NCBI GenBank assembly: GCA_963718525.1 | Contig: OY970355.1 | Coordinates: 736,001-800,000, forward strand | Length of the DNA stretch: 64,000 nt | Reading direction: 5' to 3' | DNA from: Candidatus Dormiibacterota bacterium | GTDB taxonomy: Bacteria; Chloroflexota; Dormibacteria; Aeolococcales; Aeolococcaceae | Part shown: positions 59,991 to 64,000 of the stretch, one piece after another | Numbering within the stretch: the first letter of the stretch is position 1 | Layout of the letters: the number at the start of each line of letters is the position of its first letter | Program-made: the position numbers and the translations under genes | The notes under the pieces: generated by a model | Databases searched by the model: none | Seen by the model: only the letters and a program-made list of their open reading frames with translations | What the model was told of the DNA's origin: nothing

Positions 59991-60053
59991 GAGACGTCTC
60001 CTTCGGAGCTGGGAATGAGTGCGGGTCCTAGGGTACCTCGGAGGGAGTCGCGA

Positions 60054-60707
60054 TCAAACGCCGGCTTGGTTCACGCGGACGAGGGCGGGGATCCGTTCGA
60101 CGATCAGCGCGGTTGCGTCGAAGATGGCGCCGATCTCTGTCACCGGCCGCCGGTGCGCGTAGACCATCAGGTGCTCCGGTCCGAACACGACGTGATAGCC
60201 GTGATCCAAACCGAGGAGTGTCTCGATCATCTGCGCGTCGATCAACTCCACGGCAAACGTATCGTCACTCGATTGCACGTTGAACCTGTCGTTGAAGTCG
60301 ATGGACTCGAATCGAATGCCCGGGGCGCCGACGGACTTCTCCGCGAGCGCGCCGATGGCGCTGCGAGGGGAGACAGTCACCTGGGGCATCGGCACGCCGA
60401 GCGTGGTGAGGACGTTGGAGAACGACACGGTGTTCTGGTTCTTGCCGTCGGAAACAACGTACGAGTAATCGCAGTAGGTCACCGGCAGGCCGTTCCACGG
60501 TCCACGCAGAACGTTGTGCCAGTAGCGGCGCTGTCCTTCCCGGAACAGGGAGTACCCGCAATCACCGAGCTCCCAGTCGTTGCCGATGACGGTGAGGCCG
60601 TGCGCGCCCGCAAATGTTGCGATGTCGCGGATGCGCTGCTGACTCGCGAAGTACGAGACGAATCCGACCACGACAACGAAGATGAAGAAGACGACGAAGA
60701 GAACCAT
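60054..60707 (-). CDS. Single-TM hypothetical protein (DUF3137-like) upstream of lemA
   Basis: TM helix and I.FESIDFNDRF.V.S.D..FA motif. Confidence 0.65.
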   Translation of the reverse strand: MVLFVVFFIFVVVVGFVSYFASQQRIRDIATFAGAHGLTVIGNDWELGDCGYSLFREGQRRYWHNVLRGPWNGLPVTYCDYSYVVSDGKNQNTVSFSNVLTTLGVPMPQVTVSPRSAIGALAEKSVGAPGIRFESIDFNDRFNVQSSDDTFAVELIDAQMIETLLGLDHGYHVVFGPEHLMVYAHRRPVTEIGAIFDATALIVERIPALVRVNQAGV

Positions 60708-60742
60708 TCAGCGATGCGCTCTCGACACGTCTGAGCGAGGGC

Positions 60743-63487
60743 TCAGCCGTCCATGAGCTGACGCAGCACCAGGGGCAGGATGCCCCCATTGCGCAGATAC
60801 TCGACGTCGGTCTCGCTGTCGAGACGGGACACGGTTTCGAACTCAATGTCTGCCTGGCCGGCGCGGCGCGCACTCACGTGCACGATCGAGCCGGGCGAAG
60901 CTCCGGCGACGCCGCGAATCGTATAGAGCTCGGTGCCGTCGAGACCGAGCGTCTCGGCGCCTTCGCCGGGACGGAACTGGAGCGGGAGAATGCCCATGCC
61001 GACCAGGTTGCTGCGGTGAATGCGCTCATACAACTCGGCGATCACCGCGCGAACCCCCTGGAGCAGCGGGCCTTTTGCGGCCCAATCGCGCGACGAGCCG
61101 GAGCCGTACTCCCGTCCTGCGATCACGATGAGCGGGACGCCGTCCTGCTGATACAGCTCGGATGCCTCGAAGATGGTCATCAGAGCGCCGTCGGGAAGGT
61201 GCACGGTGAAGCCGCCCTCCTTGCCGTCGGCGAGCTGGTTGTGCAGCCGGATGTTCGCGAAGGTGCCGCGAACCATCACATCGTGGTTGCCGCGCCGCGC
61301 ACCGTAGGTGTTGAAGTCACGAGGCTCGACCCCATGCTCGCGCAGGTAGGCGGCCGCGGGACTCGTGCCCGCGATGCTGCCCGCCGGTGAGATGTGGTCG
61401 GTGGTGATCGAGTCGCCGAGGAGCGCAAGCACGCGCGCATCGATGATGTCGTCGGGAGGCGTCGGTTCCGGTGACATGCCGACGAAGTACGGTGGTTCGC
61501 GGACGTACGTCGACTCGGCGTCCCAGTCGAAGAGGGCGCCCGCCGGGGACGGCAGCTGCTGCCAGTGCTCGTCACCGTCGAAGATGCGCGCGTACTCGCG
61601 CGTGTACAGGTCGCTCCCGAGGGCTGCGCGCACGGTCTCGGTCACCTCGTCAGCGCTCGGCCAGATGTCGCTGAGGAACACGGGTTGCCCGTCGTGCCCG
61701 GTGCCGAGGGAGTCGCTGGTGAGATCGATGTCGAGGCGGCCCGCCAGCGCGTAGGCGACGACCAGCGGCGGCGACGCTAGGTAGGCGGCCCGCACCTGCG
61801 GGTGGATGCGGCCTTCGAAGTTTCGATTGCCGCTCAGCACGGCCGCGACCGTGAGGTCCTCCGCGTCGATGCGCTCGGCGACGAGCTCGGGGAGCGGTCC
61901 GCTGTTGCCGATGCAGGTCGTGCAACCGTAGCCGACGAGGTTGAAGCGGAGCTGCTCCAGGGAACCGAGCAATCCGGCCCGCTCGAGGTAGTCGGTGACC
62001 ACGCGCGACCCGGGTGCGAGCGACGTCTTGACGTACTCGGGGGGCATCAGGCCCCGAGCGACCGCGTTGCGCGCGAGCAGTCCGGCAGCCACCATCACCG
62101 TGGGGTTGGACGTGTTCGTGCATGACGTGATCGCCGCGATCACCACCGATCCATCGCGGACCTGGTCGGAGTCGGCGGGTCCGTTGGCGACGGGCTCCTC
62201 GGCCACCGCGTCCGGGTCGATGCCGCCCTCTTCCTCGAGCCGCGACACCTCGTCGTCACCGAGGGCATCGCCCGATGCCGGTACGGTTCGCTGCGCCCAC
62301 ACGTCGGTGAACGATTCCCAGACGTGTGGCAGCGCGACTCGATCCTGCGGCCGCTTGGGACCGGCGACGCTCGGCACCACGCCGGCCAGATCCAGCTCGA
62401 CGATCTCGCTGAAGATCGGGATCTCCGAGTCGTCGGTGCGGAACATGCCCTGTTCCTTGGCATAGCGCTCGACCAGGTCGACGTGGTCAGGATCGCGGCC
62501 GGAATCGCGCAGGTACTCGAGGGTCCTGGTGTCGATGGGAAACAGCGACGCGGTGGCGCCGAACTCCGGCGACATGTTCGAGAGGGTGGCTCGGTCGGGC
62601 ACCGACATCGAGCTCAGACCGCTGCCGCAGAACTCGACAAACTTGTTGACCACACCATGGCTCCGGAGCAACTCCGTCAACGTGAGCACCAGGTCGGTCG
62701 CAGTCGTCCCGGCCGGCAGCGCGTTGTGAAAGCGAACGCCCACCACGACCGGCGCGAGCAGGAAGAGCGGCTGGCCGAGCATGCAGGCCTCGGCCTCGAT
62801 GCCACCGACTCCCCAGCCGAGCACCCCGATGCCGTTGACCATCGGTGTGTGTGAGTTGGTTCCGACCAGCGTGTCCGGCAGGGCCATGCGGACACCACCG
62901 ATGTCGCGCACCTGTACCACCTGGGCCAGGTACTCGAGGTTGATCTGGTGGACGATCCCCATCCCGGGCGGGACAACCCGAAAGTCCTGGAACGCCTGCT
63001 GCGCCCAGCGGAGCAGCGAATACCGCTCCCGGTTGCGCTCGTACTCCCGCGCGATGTTGCGTTCGTACGCCTCGCGGTTGCCGAAGGCGTCGACCTGCAC
63101 CGAGTGATCGATCACCAGGTCGACCGGAACTAGCGGATCGATGCGCATCGGATCGCCCCCGTTCCGGGCGACCGCGGAGCGCATCGCGGCGAGGTCGACG
63201 ACCGCCGGGACGCCCGTGAAGTCCTGCAGCAGGACCCGGGCGGGCATGAACGCGCGCTCGCGGTCGGCGCCCGAGCCGGTGCCGTCCCAGCGTGCGATCG
63301 CCTCGACGTCTCCCGCCCGGACCGACGGGGCGCCGGAGTTGCGAACGCTGTTCTCGAGGAGGATCTTCAGCGTCACCGGCAATCGGGAGACGTCACCGAT
63401 GCCGCGCTCGGCGAGCGCGCCGAGACGGTGGTAGGAAACCCCCGGCAGCAGCACCGCCCTGGTGCCGTAGGGATCAACGTCAGCCAT
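60743..63487 (-). CDS. acnA: Aconitate hydratase A
   Basis: QDFTGVP, DHSVQVD, AAITSCTNTSNP, GCTTCIGNSG, SGNRNFEGR and GSSRDWAAKG. Confidence 0.96.
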   Translation of the reverse strand: MADVDPYGTRAVLLPGVSYHRLGALAERGIGDVSRLPVTLKILLENSVRNSGAPSVRAGDVEAIARWDGTGSGADRERAFMPARVLLQDFTGVPAVVDLAAMRSAVARNGGDPMRIDPLVPVDLVIDHSVQVDAFGNREAYERNIAREYERNRERYSLLRWAQQAFQDFRVVPPGMGIVHQINLEYLAQVVQVRDIGGVRMALPDTLVGTNSHTPMVNGIGVLGWGVGGIEAEACMLGQPLFLLAPVVVGVRFHNALPAGTTATDLVLTLTELLRSHGVVNKFVEFCGSGLSSMSVPDRATLSNMSPEFGATASLFPIDTRTLEYLRDSGRDPDHVDLVERYAKEQGMFRTDDSEIPIFSEIVELDLAGVVPSVAGPKRPQDRVALPHVWESFTDVWAQRTVPASGDALGDDEVSRLEEEGGIDPDAVAEEPVANGPADSDQVRDGSVVIAAITSCTNTSNPTVMVAAGLLARNAVARGLMPPEYVKTSLAPGSRVVTDYLERAGLLGSLEQLRFNLVGYGCTTCIGNSGPLPELVAERIDAEDLTVAAVLSGNRNFEGRIHPQVRAAYLASPPLVVAYALAGRLDIDLTSDSLGTGHDGQPVFLSDIWPSADEVTETVRAALGSDLYTREYARIFDGDEHWQQLPSPAGALFDWDAESTYVREPPYFVGMSPEPTPPDDIIDARVLALLGDSITTDHISPAGSIAGTSPAAAYLREHGVEPRDFNTYGARRGNHDVMVRGTFANIRLHNQLADGKEGGFTVHLPDGALMTIFEASELYQQDGVPLIVIAGREYGSGSSRDWAAKGPLLQGVRAVIAELYERIHRSNLVGMGILPLQFRPGEGAETLGLDGTELYTIRGVAGASPGSIVHVSARRAGQADIEFETVSRLDSETDVEYLRNGGILPLVLRQLMDG

Positions 63488-63636
63488 GACCGGCCCATCT
63501 TCGCATCCGGCGGCGGCGCGAGGCGGCGGCGGCCAGATGTGATTCGGCCGCGCTGGGAAACAGTCGGATTGACCACAACACGCGCACCGCGCGGCTATTC
63601 TTCTCACCCTGACGGCACGTTTGCATGGGAGTTTGT

Positions 63637-64000
63637 GTGGCCAGCAGCCAGAGAACTGACATCCGCCCGGAGCATCAGCTCTACCACGAATACACGACCG
63701 ATGTCGACCAGGCTCGGACCAACGTGCACTACGAGCAGCCGCCCGAATTCTTCCTGCTCATCACCGGCGGCGAGTGGAACGTGTATTCGGCCAACCTGTG
63801 GGACCCGGGCACAGAGGATGACACCGGCTCACAGCAGGCGAAGCTCGACCTGATCGCCAGGCTCGCGGGTCTCCAACCGGGCATGCGCCTCATCGATGTC
63901 GGCTGTGGCTGGGCCGGCCCGCTCACCTACCTCTGCGACACGTACGGGCTCACCGGGACGGGGCTGACGCTGTCGCCAACCCAGAAGGGCTACGCCGAGC
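63637..64000 (+). CDS. Cyclopropane-fatty-acyl-phospholipid synthase-like methyltransferase (runs off the window)
   Basis: Manual translation: NVHYEQPPEFF..YSA..Q.AKLDLI..LQPGMRLIDVGCGW..GLTLSPTQ. Confidence 0.85.
   Translation, partial: MASSQRTDIRPEHQLYHEYTTDVDQARTNVHYEQPPEFFLLITGGEWNVYSANLWDPGTEDDTGSQQAKLDLIARLAGLQPGMRLIDVGCGWAGPLTYLCDTYGLTGTGLTLSPTQKGYAE

Overview
High-GC bacterial chromosomal window. The gene content suggests a soil Terrabacteria lineage such as Ca. Dormibacterota or an Actinomycetota/Chloroflexota relative; this is inference only. Positions 1-7.7 kb form a decayed island at the 3' end of tRNA-Gln(CTG). It holds a PD-(D/E)XK nuclease-like gene, a truncated Type I hsdR, nested IS110 and IS256 fragments, a degenerate copy of the nrdJ 3' end next to four 12-bp repeats, a lipoprotein, and an intact IS256 with an 8-bp target duplication. 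Positions 7.8-21.5 kb are core-like: thioesterase, otsA, aldehyde dehydrogenase, an unusual two-gene operon (PrgI/VirB3-like domain fused to a MinD/CpaE-type ATPase, plus a VirB4-like ATPase), and an NrdR-controlled nrdJ carrying a LAGLIDADG intein. Positions 21.6-43.6 kb hold accessory signalling and stress genes: two GGDEF proteins, hemerythrin, a HAD-GH65 fusion, VOC/SRPBCC/ArsR/MarR modules, aquaporin, queC, PfpI and an HspR-like regulator with a paralogous gene pair. Positions 43.6-64 kb are mostly housekeeping: mscS, rplY, a B12-binding domain, an AAA+/vWA pair, a cbiA-like gene, tag, a LigD ligase domain, recJ, lemA, acnA and a partial cfa. Several single-base frameshifts are probably assembly errors, so apparent pseudogenes need read-level checking.
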